A stretch of 64,000 bases of DNA from Thermoproteota archaeon (GTDB lineage: Archaea > Thermoproteota > Thermoprotei > Thermofilales > B9-G17). Positions 17,513-26,940 of the stretch are shown here, piece by piece (position 1 is the stretch's first letter; each line of letters begins with the position of its first letter). A model generated the notes under the pieces. The model worked only from the letters and a program-made list of their open reading frames with translations, had not been told where the DNA came from and did no database searches. The translations under genes were made by a program, and so were the position numbers. The stretch lies in NCBI GenBank assembly GCA_029258885.1, contig JAPDJW010000019.1:12056-76055 (forward strand), given 5' to 3'.

Positions 17513-18295
17513 TTGAAAACGTTTTATAGTAACTATGCCTCTATTTTATCTATGCACGATATCCTGCTTTGGCATCTCGATGTACCTGAGGAGCGTAGTT
17601 TCCTCGAGTCCATATATATTATAATGCTTATCCGTTTGGCTGAAGAGAAGCTTAACGTTAAGTATCGTAGGATTTTGGATGTTGCCTGTGGCGTAGGTCG
17701 GCATCATAGGTATCTTAGGGAAGCCGGCTTCAAAGTCTATGGTGTTGATGTCAATCGTAGTTTAATTGAGGAGGCTAGGAGGAGGAATCCTGGGTTTGAG
17801 GAGTGCTATGAGGTTGCCGATATGAGGGAGATTAAATATAGAGGCGAGTTCGACGTGGTCTTGAACTGGTATACATCCTTCGGCTATTTTAGCGATGAGG
17901 AGAATAGGCTGGTCTTAAGGAACTTTTATGAGGCCTTGAAGCCAGGTGGCTTGCTTATAATGGATCTCCCGGCCCGCTGGCACGAGTCCGCTAGTCTCAT
18001 TGAACACGGCGAGGATTTAGTTGAGGTGATTACAAATAAGAGGATTGACGACTATGTTTTCGATTATTGTGGTAGGCTTTATAGGAGGAGGGGTAATGAT
18101 CTCGTTTATCTAGGTGAGTTGAGGCTTAGGTTGACGGTTTATCCGCCAGCTGTTCTTAAGGATATGCTGGAGGAGGCTGGCTTCAAGCTTCTCTATGCGT
18201 TTTTAAACTATAGTGTTGTTCCAGTTAGAAGCTTTAGGCCCGAGGAGATACTGGAGAGAAACGTTAGAAGAATTGCCTGGCTGGCCCATAAGTGA
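17513..18295 (+). CDS. Class I SAM-dependent methyltransferase
   Basis: ILDVACGVGRH, GVDVN, ADMR, FDVVLNWYTSFGYF, ALKPGGLLIMD. Confidence 0.9.
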   Translation: MKTFYSNYASILSMHDILLWHLDVPEERSFLESIYIIMLIRLAEEKLNVKYRRILDVACGVGRHHRYLREAGFKVYGVDVNRSLIEEARRRNPGFEECYEVADMREIKYRGEFDVVLNWYTSFGYFSDEENRLVLRNFYEALKPGGLLIMDLPARWHESASLIEHGEDLVEVITNKRIDDYVFDYCGRLYRRRGNDLVYLGELRLRLTVYPPAVLKDMLEEAGFKLLYAFLNYSVVPVRSFRPEEILERNVRRIAWLAHK

Positions 18296-18339
18296 GGTTA
18301 AAATACGTCTTCAGCATACTAATATATAGGGATTATTCT

Positions 18340-18900
18340 ATGCCCACGCTGGAGGACGTTAAGATTTTAGGCGGTATAGGAGCTTTATGTTCATTGATAT
18401 CGTTTGTTCCATACGTTGGATGGCTGATATCGATTGCAGGCTTTATTCTAGTGCTTATAGCTATCAAGTATCTCTCAGATATATTCCACGAGCCCCAGAT
18501 CTTTACAAACCTTATCATTGCAATAGCCGCGTATATAGTGGGTATAATACTCTTCTTCGTAATCATTGTTGGATCACTATTAAGCTTTATAGCATCTCTG
18601 CCCCATGAAAACAGTCCTAACCTTGCTCTACTCCTAGGGATTATCGTTGCATTCTTAGCATTCTGGGCGGCATGTATCGTTGGAGGAGTATATATTAACC
18701 GCGCCTATGGTAGGATGGCGGAGGTAACTGGTGTTGAATTGTTTAGAACCACGGGTCTAGTCTATCTGATAGGCTCTATCCTAGTGATAATCCTAATAGG
18801 CCTGCTGTTTCTGGTGATAGCCAAGATACTCGAAGCTGTATCGTTCTTCTCAATAAAAGAGGAAGCACCTCCTCCACCGCCGCCACCGCCTGTCTACTAG
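18340..18900 (+). CDS. DUF996 family membrane protein with a poly-Pro C-terminus
   Basis: KILGGIGAL...GFILVLIAIKYLSD...FRTTGLVYLIGSIL, ending PPPPPPPVY. Start taken at MPTLE (18340) rather than 18292. Confidence 0.8.
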   Translation: MPTLEDVKILGGIGALCSLISFVPYVGWLISIAGFILVLIAIKYLSDIFHEPQIFTNLIIAIAAYIVGIILFFVIIVGSLLSFIASLPHENSPNLALLLGIIVAFLAFWAACIVGGVYINRAYGRMAEVTGVELFRTTGLVYLIGSILVIILIGLLFLVIAKILEAVSFFSIKEEAPPPPPPPPVY

Positions 18901-18948
18901 CTAAAACAATATAAATTTAAACGCAAAATGAGTATTAAGAAGTAGGGC

Positions 18949-18977
18949 AGGGGGGTATCCTGGTAAGGGGGGTATCC
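18949..18977 (+). repeat. 12-bp direct repeat AGGGGGGTATCC x2 (17-bp period) ending 1 bp before the TTG start
   Basis: Read at 18949-18960 and 18966-18977. Confidence 0.9.
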
Positions 18978-18978
18978 A

Positions 18979-20088
18979 TTGACATACTTCGATTTAAGGC
19001 CTAAATCTCGCTTGGAGGACTTCTATGATAGGAGGAGAGAACTGAATGAACTTAGATTAGGCATAGAGCGAAGAGAGCCTCTTATACTCGTCTTAGGTTT
19101 AAGAAGATACGGAAAGACTTCGCTTGTTCTAACGTGTATGGAAGAATATAGGATACCCTATATTTATGTTAACTGCAGGCTCCTTCCGTCACCATCACCC
19201 ATTAGTCCAGCAGATTTAGTTCTACTGTTTGCTGATGGTTTATCGGCGTTTTTAAATAGGAGGAGGAGCTTTTTAGAGAAAATGAGGAATATCTTAGGGA
19301 GAATCGAAGGAATTACAATAGTTGGCTTTAATGTTAGGATTAAGGCAGCGAAAGCTAGCTATGAGACTATTATCGATATATTTAACAGTATTAACATGCT
19401 TGGCAAGCATATCGTTGTAGTAGTGGATGAAGCTCAAGAGCTGAGAAGGCTTGCTAGATATAGGTTTGATTCTCTCCTTGCATACGTTTATGATCATCTG
19501 CCTAATGTTACAGTTATACTAACAGGGTCGGAAATAGGCCTGCTCTATAGGCTTATAAGGAAAGGCGACCCTGAAGCTCCACTTTATGGCAGATTCTACC
19601 GCGAGATAAAACTATCTCCTTTAAATTCGGAAAAGTCGAAGGATTTCCTTATAAAAGGTTTTAAGCAGGAGGGGCTTAATCCGCCTAACTGGTTCATAGA
19701 TTTAGCTGTCGAAAAGTTGAATGGAGTTATAGGCTGGTTATCCTACTTAGGCTATTATACGGCTGTTAAAGGCATATTCACTAGAAAGGTAGTTTACGAC
19801 GTGTTAACTGAAGCTGGTAGGATAGCATTAAGTGAACTAGAAAATTTTCTCAAACTGAGGCCTCTTGCAAGGAAAAGATATATTGCAATCCTTAAAGGCA
19901 TAGCTCAGCTGGGTGAAGCTTCATGGAGCAGAATATACAGATTGGCAGAGGCTGAGGCTGGCAGAATACCTAAGCCCACCTTTAATGAAATGTTGCATAA
20001 CCTTCTCGATGCGAGTTTTATACAGAAGAAAAATAGTGTATATCGGATCGCTGATCCAGTATTGCGATATGCCCTTATAAACCTATAA
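18979..20088 (+). CDS. Archaeal ATPase (ATPase_2/AAA) with C-terminal wHTH, paralogue of 13404..14489
   Basis: YFDLRPKSRLEDFYDRRRE, GLRRYGKTS, VVDEAQ, TGSEIGLL, YGRF, YRIADPVL. Confidence 0.9.
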   Translation: MTYFDLRPKSRLEDFYDRRRELNELRLGIERREPLILVLGLRRYGKTSLVLTCMEEYRIPYIYVNCRLLPSPSPISPADLVLLFADGLSAFLNRRRSFLEKMRNILGRIEGITIVGFNVRIKAAKASYETIIDIFNSINMLGKHIVVVVDEAQELRRLARYRFDSLLAYVYDHLPNVTVILTGSEIGLLYRLIRKGDPEAPLYGRFYREIKLSPLNSEKSKDFLIKGFKQEGLNPPNWFIDLAVEKLNGVIGWLSYLGYYTAVKGIFTRKVVYDVLTEAGRIALSELENFLKLRPLARKRYIAILKGIAQLGEASWSRIYRLAEAEAGRIPKPTFNEMLHNLLDASFIQKKNSVYRIADPVLRYALINL

Positions 20089-20207
20089 TGATCCACCTAA
20101 ACTTTAACCTAAATTCTCTTAATGGTCTGTAAATGGAGTAGCTTATTGGTGCTTCTTTGCTTCAACATAATCGGATGTATTATCCTTTCTAGTGGATGGT
20201 TTAATCG

Positions 20208-21392
20208 TTAAGGTATTGGTATTTCCTTAGGTATTACGATCGGCGATTTTCCTATGCATATTTTCGCTAGGAATGGTGATGCAATGACGCTTATTACTGC
20301 TAGGAGTATGAATGTCGAGTATGTTTCCGGTCCTATGATACCCGTTGCAACCCCGAGTTCGGCTGCCGCTATTATCAGGCTTAACCTAGCGTTCATTGCA
20401 AAGCCCATTGAAAGGCTCTCGTATTTATTGAATCCCAGTATTTTGGCTGGTATTGATGTACCCAGTATTTTGCCCATGAATCCCGCCGCTAGCAATGCTA
20501 TAAGTAGCTCGAGCTCTCCTACTCCGCTTATTAGGTATTTCAGGTTTGTACGTATCCCTACCGTGATGAAGAACGTTGGTATAAAGAATCCGTAGCCGAA
20601 GCTTAGCAGCTTCTCGAGTAAACCCTCAACTTTATCCTCCAGCTCTGATATTAATAGTCCCGCGAAGAATGATCCGATTATTGCATGTATCCCTACGTAT
20701 TCAGCGAATACTGAGAGGCCAAAAATCGTTGTTAGGCTGAGCTTTACGTCCAGGTGATGGCTTTCTAGGGATTTTACAATTCTCGTCCTCAAAGATTTAC
20801 ATGCCTTAACCAGCTCGGCTGCAGCTATGAGAGCTAGGAGCAGGATCATTATGAGGAATACCTTATCTAGTGTTAGGTAGGTCTGTTCTACAATGTACAT
20901 TAGGGCGAACATGCTTATTATATCCACTAGTATTGCTGCTCCAAGTATTACCTGAGCAACTTCCTTCTTCGAGGAGAACTCCTTGACTGTTGGCAGTATT
21001 ACTCCCATCGAGGTGGTTGATAAAGCTAACCCTATGAAACTTGGAGATATGTTGAAGTATACTCCTATTAGATAGCCGAGGGCGAATGGGGTAAGGAATG
21101 AGCCCAGCGATATAGCCACTACCTTGAATAAGCTTTCCTTAACATATGATAGCTCTACCTCAAGTCCTACTATAAACATTAGGTAGATGAAGCCTATCAT
21201 TGACATAAAGAGTAGCCAAGCCGATTCATGTAATAGATTGAGGAAGCTTGGACCAATTACTATTCCTATAATTATTTCAGCTACAACGACAGGTACTCTA
21301 AGGAACCTGGCTATAACTGGGGAAATTAGTATCATTAGTAGCAGTATGAATACTTCCTGCAGAATAGTTTCCATAGCGGTATAATGAAACAC
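20208..21392 (-). CDS. Cation:proton antiporter, CPA2/Kef type
   Basis: VPVVVAEIIIGIVIGPS, GFIYLMFIVGLE, ALSTTSMGV, ILGAAILVDI, GFFIPTFFITVG. Confidence 0.9.
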   Translation of the reverse strand: MFHYTAMETILQEVFILLLMILISPVIARFLRVPVVVAEIIIGIVIGPSFLNLLHESAWLLFMSMIGFIYLMFIVGLEVELSYVKESLFKVVAISLGSFLTPFALGYLIGVYFNISPSFIGLALSTTSMGVILPTVKEFSSKKEVAQVILGAAILVDIISMFALMYIVEQTYLTLDKVFLIMILLLALIAAAELVKACKSLRTRIVKSLESHHLDVKLSLTTIFGLSVFAEYVGIHAIIGSFFAGLLISELEDKVEGLLEKLLSFGYGFFIPTFFITVGIRTNLKYLISGVGELELLIALLAAGFMGKILGTSIPAKILGFNKYESLSMGFAMNARLSLIIAAAELGVATGIIGPETYSTFILLAVISVIASPFLAKICIGKSPIVIPKEIPIP

Positions 21393-21667
21393 TACGTATT
21401 AAATGTTGTGATAAACCATATTTTCCTAAAAATCAAGCCTCTCCTTGATGGCCATTCCTAATATTATTATTAAATGATTATATTATCAGTTTCTTCAGGT
21501 GTTTACTGCGGTATCAACCTTGGAACGCTTGGATTGGAGAGTTATTACCAATGCTTAATGAACTATTTCCCTATAGGGAATTGTGGATGGAGACGGAACA
21601 CATGTTTATGCCTAACATATAGCTTAAATTAAAACTATGCTTTATAACCAGGAACTTTATTTTTATA

Positions 21668-21994
21668 TTGATGACTCTAACAGCGCTTCAGCTTTGGCTA
21701 TTGACTGTAATTATTTCAATAGCTTTTTCCCTAAGCTACTATAGCTACCTAGCGCTGAAGAGAAGGTTCGACAGCGTATATGGGGAGAGGTTCCTGGTTA
21801 AGAGGGCTATACACGGGATAGTTTATATCCTGTTCCTTGTGCTGGCGAACGAGGCCATTAGGATCAAGGTGGCTTACGGAGAATACAGTTTGGCGCTGGA
21901 GTTTCTCCTCTACCTGCTCTTGGGCTCAATAGGTGTGCCCATCTTCATAGATATTATTTTAAGCATGTATAAGGTGCTTCATAGGGGGAGGTAG
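21668..21994 (+). CDS. Small membrane protein (about 3 TM), first gene of a transporter operon
   Basis: Hydrophobic segments. 4 bp before the next gene. Confidence 0.6.
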   Translation: MMTLTALQLWLLTVIISIAFSLSYYSYLALKRRFDSVYGERFLVKRAIHGIVYILFLVLANEAIRIKVAYGEYSLALEFLLYLLLGSIGVPIFIDIILSMYKVLHRGR

Positions 21995-21998
21995 AGCC

Positions 21999-23282
21999 TT
22001 GGAACCGCAGACGACGTTCTCCATCATATTCGTGGCTATAATCCTCCTGTTAATGGCTGAGATAGAGCATAGAGCACTCGTGGCTATGCTTGCAGCATCA
22101 CTATCCGTATACTTCGGCGTAGCATACGGCCTATTCGGCTTCCACGACGTACTGGAGATGCTCAACTTCGACGTTGTACTATTCATTACCTCAGTACTAA
22201 TACTCTTCGAGTCGATAAGCAGGTCCGGCCTCTTCGACTTCATAGGACTATATATGGCGCGTAAAATAGGCCGTAGGCCGTTTCTAATAGCGTTAATGCT
22301 TGTGCTCCTCACGACGATATTCTCGGGAATCTCTGCTAACATAATGGTGGTTCTACTTATAGGTGGAATAACGCTGAGGCTTGCCAAGGCACTAGGTTTC
22401 GACGGCAGGAAGGTAATACTCCTGGAGTGTATACAGACGGATATAGGCGGCATACTGTTGCCGATAAGCTCGATTCCAGCGCTAATAATAGTATCGAAGA
22501 CGGGGATGGATTTCATGAAATATGTTCAGGTGTCGTTGCCTCTCGTCGTCATCTTAACACTTCTGGCGCTGGCATATATGCCCTTCCTAAGGATCACCGG
22601 AGGAGAATCAGCGGAAGAAGTTGAGATAGATGATCCGTGGAAGGCTGTTCAGAATCCAACAGCGCTCTATAGGGCACTGGTGATATTCATACTATTCCTT
22701 CTAGCAATAATATTCTATGATAAGATAGGGCTAACGCCGGCTTACATAGCATTCTTTTTCGCCACTATAACCTTTATGCTGAGCGGAATAGATCCGGATG
22801 AAATATTCAGGCACGTGGACTGGAGCATACCCTTCTTCGTCGGCGGCTTTTTCGTGTTTATAGGCGGCTTAGAGAAGAGCGGGGTGCTGGAGAACATAGC
22901 GCACAATATCGCGCCCCTAATACTAAACATGAACGTACTGGTGGGCGCCCCCCTCCTGTTGCTAATATGCGCGCTCGTGTCGGCGGTCATAGACAATATA
23001 CCCGTAGTGCTACTGCTATACCCTATAGTTAGAGACATAACGTTGAAGGCGGGCATAAGCCCATACCCGTTCTACTGGGCCTTAATCATAGGAGGAAATC
23101 TGGGAGGAAGGTTAACCACCTTTGGGTCGCCAGCGGTATTGACGGGGATAAGGATGCTTGAACGCAGAGGAGTAAAGGTTTCGATAGGCGAATACCTTAA
23201 ATTTGGGCTACCTGTGGCACTAAGTCAGCTGGCCCTTGGAATGATCTATTTAAGCATACTGACGATGTATGGATTAATTTAA
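21999..23282 (+). CDS. ArsB/NhaD/SLC13-type anion permease
   Basis: ESISRSGLFDFIG, SAVIDNIPVV, WALIIGGNLGGRLTTFGSPA. Confidence 0.85.
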   Translation: MEPQTTFSIIFVAIILLLMAEIEHRALVAMLAASLSVYFGVAYGLFGFHDVLEMLNFDVVLFITSVLILFESISRSGLFDFIGLYMARKIGRRPFLIALMLVLLTTIFSGISANIMVVLLIGGITLRLAKALGFDGRKVILLECIQTDIGGILLPISSIPALIIVSKTGMDFMKYVQVSLPLVVILTLLALAYMPFLRITGGESAEEVEIDDPWKAVQNPTALYRALVIFILFLLAIIFYDKIGLTPAYIAFFFATITFMLSGIDPDEIFRHVDWSIPFFVGGFFVFIGGLEKSGVLENIAHNIAPLILNMNVLVGAPLLLLICALVSAVIDNIPVVLLLYPIVRDITLKAGISPYPFYWALIIGGNLGGRLTTFGSPAVLTGIRMLERRGVKVSIGEYLKFGLPVALSQLALGMIYLSILTMYGLI

Positions 23283-23356
23283 GGGTATTTATGGGGTGCC
23301 TGGCTCAGCGGAATATTTTATAATAGTAAAGGTATATCATAAGTAGGTGGGATTAA

Positions 23357-24202
23357 ATGCAGGATATATTTTTACGTCTACTCAATGAGCTCGTTCAGAT
23401 GATCATAGACTTACTGCCAAGCCTAATATTATCGATAATAATACTTGTAGTGGGATATCTTGTCGGTAAGATAACCGGCAAAGCCGTGGAGGGCGCTGTG
23501 AAGCTGATAAAGGGCGATGAAAGCTTCAGGAGTTCTGAATTAGGTAGAAGGCTGACCGAGTCTGGCTACCCGATCTCTAGAATACTTTCAATACTGGCTA
23601 GAGGCACTATATACGTGCTAACGATAACGGCTGCAATATCGGTGTTAAACATTCCAGCGCTGCAGGAATTCAGTACAACTATAGCAAACTATTTGCCAAG
23701 GCTTGTTGGTGCGGTAGTTATCTTTCTATTTGGAGCTATGTTAATAGAGTGGTTAGCCGGATTTACCGAGGGGCTGTTAAGAGGAGGAGTACTGCCCGAG
23801 AAACTTGTGGGAATGTTCACTACAGGCATTAAATACATATTCTACATAGTCTTAGCCTTCATGATGTTTGAAATAGCCGATATAGCTCCTCAGGTCGTAT
23901 CCTCAGTCGCCTTAGCTATATTTTCGATGATAGGTATAGGTGCGGGCTTAGCATTTGCTCTACTGGTTGGATTGGGATTAAGAGAGGAGGCGCCAATAAT
24001 ATTATTCGATGAGCCGAAGGAATTGAAGCCGGGAATAACTATAGAAGTCAACGGCTTAGTAGGAAAAATCAGAAAAATATCAACTTTGCTAATAGAGCTG
24101 GAAACAGAAGATGGCTTGCAGGTAATACCTAAGAGACTATTAATTAAAAATGGATACAAGATAATAAAGAATAGTCTGCATGATAAGCATGCTAGAGAAT
24201 GA
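23357..24202 (+). CDS. MscS-like mechanosensitive channel / TM-helix repeat protein
   Basis: LPSLILSIIILVVGYLVGK and NYLPRLVGAVVIF repeats. C-terminal GITIEVNGLVGKIRKI...IP. Confidence 0.75.
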   Translation: MQDIFLRLLNELVQMIIDLLPSLILSIIILVVGYLVGKITGKAVEGAVKLIKGDESFRSSELGRRLTESGYPISRILSILARGTIYVLTITAAISVLNIPALQEFSTTIANYLPRLVGAVVIFLFGAMLIEWLAGFTEGLLRGGVLPEKLVGMFTTGIKYIFYIVLAFMMFEIADIAPQVVSSVALAIFSMIGIGAGLAFALLVGLGLREEAPIILFDEPKELKPGITIEVNGLVGKIRKISTLLIELETEDGLQVIPKRLLIKNGYKIIKNSLHDKHARE

Positions 24203-24352
24203 TTCTATTTTTACTCTAAACCCAGCGCCTTTACCTAAATTTTCATGCCGCTAGCTATGTCACGTATCCAATTAAGCCTATCTTCGATTGCACGATTTTA
24301 GCTTAGTTTCGTGGTTGTTGAAAAAGAGGGAAACTATTGGAAATTAAAGAGG

Positions 24353-25390
24353 CTAGAATGTGTATGGAATTCTTTTAAGTGTTCTCTCGATATTTTCAAG
24401 CAACTCGCTAGTAACCTTTATTCCGGTGTGCCTATACGAGATTATTAGCGCTCCGACAACTTGAGGGAATCTAGGCTTCACTACAACAACATTCTTAAAT
24501 TTCTCATAAAGATAGTTCTTAAAGGGGTCAAGTATTAAGTCTTCAACCTCAAATACCTTGCCTACAACTGCAACCTTTATCTCCTCCAAAACTTCATCTA
24601 AATAAAGTCGCTTAATTACAGCCTCAGCCATCTCGGCGAGCGATATAGCTGCTCTTTTGAGTATATGTCTAGCAACATGATCGCCCTCGATAGCGGCTTT
24701 AATTACGAGATCGGCGAGGGAGGAGATCCTTCCTAAATCCAGCTTCTTTTCTATATAGGCTAACCTTATCAAATCCTCCACGTTTTCAATGCCTAATTCT
24801 TTAACTATCAGCTCAGTCAACCTAGTGCTTTCACCTCTTCCATCGTACTCCCTTAGCGCAGCCCTAATAGCTTGCAGACCTATATCATAGCTACTCCCCT
24901 CATCTCCTAGCAGGTAGCCCCATCCACCACACCTAATATATCTACCTGCTGAATCCATACCAGCAGCTATCGATCCAGTTCTGGATATGACAACGATTCC
25001 CGGCTCACCTGCAAGAGCACCTGCTAGGGCTATTTCACTATTATCCCTTAGAATAACCGTCTTGGCTGGTAGCCTGTATTTAAGCTGAGAAGAGATAAGC
25101 TCAATATCGTACCTAGTATCTAGACCCGCTAAACCCAGAGTTAGGCAGTTAATTTGCTTAAATCCAAGCCTAGACCTTATCATGGCGTCAAGTATGCTAC
25201 TTCTAATAGCATTTACTGCCGCACTAATGCCGACAAAGTGATGGTTTGATGGACCTGCTATTCCATATCCCAGTATCTCTCCTTTCTCATTACTTATCAA
25301 AGCTAGAGTTCCTGAATAGTTTCCGATTAATCCCCCGAGGTACATTTCTCCGCTCTTCTCTACAATATCCTTTTTACTCATTAACCTCAC
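24353..25390 (-). CDS. BadF/BadG/BcrA/BcrD (N-acetylglucosamine kinase-like) ASKHA protein with degenerate catalytic motifs
   Basis: AGPSN, LGLAGLD, TGS, RCGGWGYLLGDEGS are family-typical. Phosphate-1 and ND motifs are altered. Confidence 0.8.
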   Translation of the reverse strand: MRLMSKKDIVEKSGEMYLGGLIGNYSGTLALISNEKGEILGYGIAGPSNHHFVGISAAVNAIRSSILDAMIRSRLGFKQINCLTLGLAGLDTRYDIELISSQLKYRLPAKTVILRDNSEIALAGALAGEPGIVVISRTGSIAAGMDSAGRYIRCGGWGYLLGDEGSSYDIGLQAIRAALREYDGRGESTRLTELIVKELGIENVEDLIRLAYIEKKLDLGRISSLADLVIKAAIEGDHVARHILKRAAISLAEMAEAVIKRLYLDEVLEEIKVAVVGKVFEVEDLILDPFKNYLYEKFKNVVVVKPRFPQVVGALIISYRHTGIKVTSELLENIERTLKRIPYTF

Positions 25391-25472
25391 CTTTTAACAT
25401 ATAAAAATATACTGTTAGTTAGATAAGTTTCACGGAAATTCATATGTTAAGCTCCAATAAAGTATTAGCGTT

Positions 25473-26696
25473 TTACTTCTTCTTTTTAACTTTAATATCT
25501 AGAAAGTTGTCTAACGTATAAAATTTCTTTTCCTTAATCAACCTATCATTTAGGGGACATTCTTTATCGAGAAGTATTTTAACCATTCTGCTTTTCTCCT
25601 GTCTTGCTGGGACATATAGCTCGTCATCGCTCAAGTTAGACAATAATCCATGGTCACTTATTATTCGATAAGCTTTTTCGAGATCTTTACCCTTAACAAC
25701 ATAGGCCTTGGGCTCGGCGCCTACATCGTTTAGACATCTATCTATCACAAGCCCGTATCTATGCTGTAGCTCCTCCCTCCTCTCGTAGGCGTAGTAGAGC
25801 GTGTAGGCTAGAGCTATCATATGTATGTAGACTCTATCGTAGAGGAGGTAGCTTCCAAGCCCCACTCCCCATGTTTCAACTAGGACTTTAGCGCTGTTCT
25901 CGTAGGGTATATGTGTCCCTATGAAAGTTGCCGGCGCAACTACATCCTCTCCCTTAGCTTGCCCTACGAAATGCCTCTTCTTTATCGGCCAGTGACCCCA
26001 TCCTTCGCTCTTGACGCCCCGCTCTATCTCCTCCATAACCTTCCTCGAGATATCCTTAATGTCCTCATCAATCCAGAAATACGGCGTATCCGTGAAGGTT
26101 ATCATGAATTCGCCCTCCTTATTCGGCCACTTAGGCGGATACCCGCCGCCGAAGCAGTATTCATGCATATCCAACACTATATGAGGCTTCACCTTATTCA
26201 GCATCCTATGTATTGAGCGCGTCTCCGGCTGTTTAAGGAGCAGCCAGTCCCTATTTAGATCGTAACCGTTCGAATTAACCCTAGCAATCTCTATAGGGTT
26301 ATCCCATGAAGGCCTAGGATTCTCCAAATGCTTGGTGTAGTATAGCTGTGCTCCATCAGGGTTAGCTAGAGGAACTAGGGTAAGACTAACATTCTTCAGC
26401 GCTTCTCTAAGGTCTAGGCTTAGGATCCTTCCATCCTTAAGTGCAAAGTAGGTGAATAGAAGTGCAGCGTTTGTTGGAGCAGGCTCATTTCCGTGCAATC
26501 GGCATACTGCTGATACCCTTAAAGCCCCCTCCCCAACTCGTATTGAATATATATTTCTCCCCTCAATGCTTCCGCCTATGTTTTCAACCCTTGCCCCCAT
26601 ATCGGATAACGTTAAGAGAATATTCTTAACCTCGTCGGCTGAAACGATATTGTAGAGTAGCTTTTTAGGAAGCTTTTCAGTCATGTTTACCACCAT
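25473..26696 (-). CDS. M14-family zinc carboxypeptidase
   Basis: HGNE zinc motif, VPLANPDG, RVNSNGYDLNRDW, LDMHE. Confidence 0.9.
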   Translation of the reverse strand: MVVNMTEKLPKKLLYNIVSADEVKNILLTLSDMGARVENIGGSIEGRNIYSIRVGEGALRVSAVCRLHGNEPAPTNAALLFTYFALKDGRILSLDLREALKNVSLTLVPLANPDGAQLYYTKHLENPRPSWDNPIEIARVNSNGYDLNRDWLLLKQPETRSIHRMLNKVKPHIVLDMHEYCFGGGYPPKWPNKEGEFMITFTDTPYFWIDEDIKDISRKVMEEIERGVKSEGWGHWPIKKRHFVGQAKGEDVVAPATFIGTHIPYENSAKVLVETWGVGLGSYLLYDRVYIHMIALAYTLYYAYERREELQHRYGLVIDRCLNDVGAEPKAYVVKGKDLEKAYRIISDHGLLSNLSDDELYVPARQEKSRMVKILLDKECPLNDRLIKEKKFYTLDNFLDIKVKKKK

Positions 26697-26940
26697 GGCA
26701 TTAAAATAGTTCTATAAATAAAATGACTTAATATTGTTTTCCTATAAAGGACCTATTGATACAAACATATTAATTTAGACTTGAATTCGATGGGGGATCA
26801 TGGAGTATCAGGGTAATCATTATAGTTGCTCTCTCAAAGCATAAGCTGTAGCTAAGGATTACTATGCTTATGGGATTTATCGTTAGTAATATTGGTAAAT
26901 TGTTAAATACGATGTAAAATTCAGAATATCGGTGACATAA

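Noticed and set aside
18866-18895. CCN microsatellite-like runs (also near 50102-50125)
   Set aside because: They are poly-Pro codons with mixed third positions, not a DNA-level repeat. Treated as a protein feature instead.
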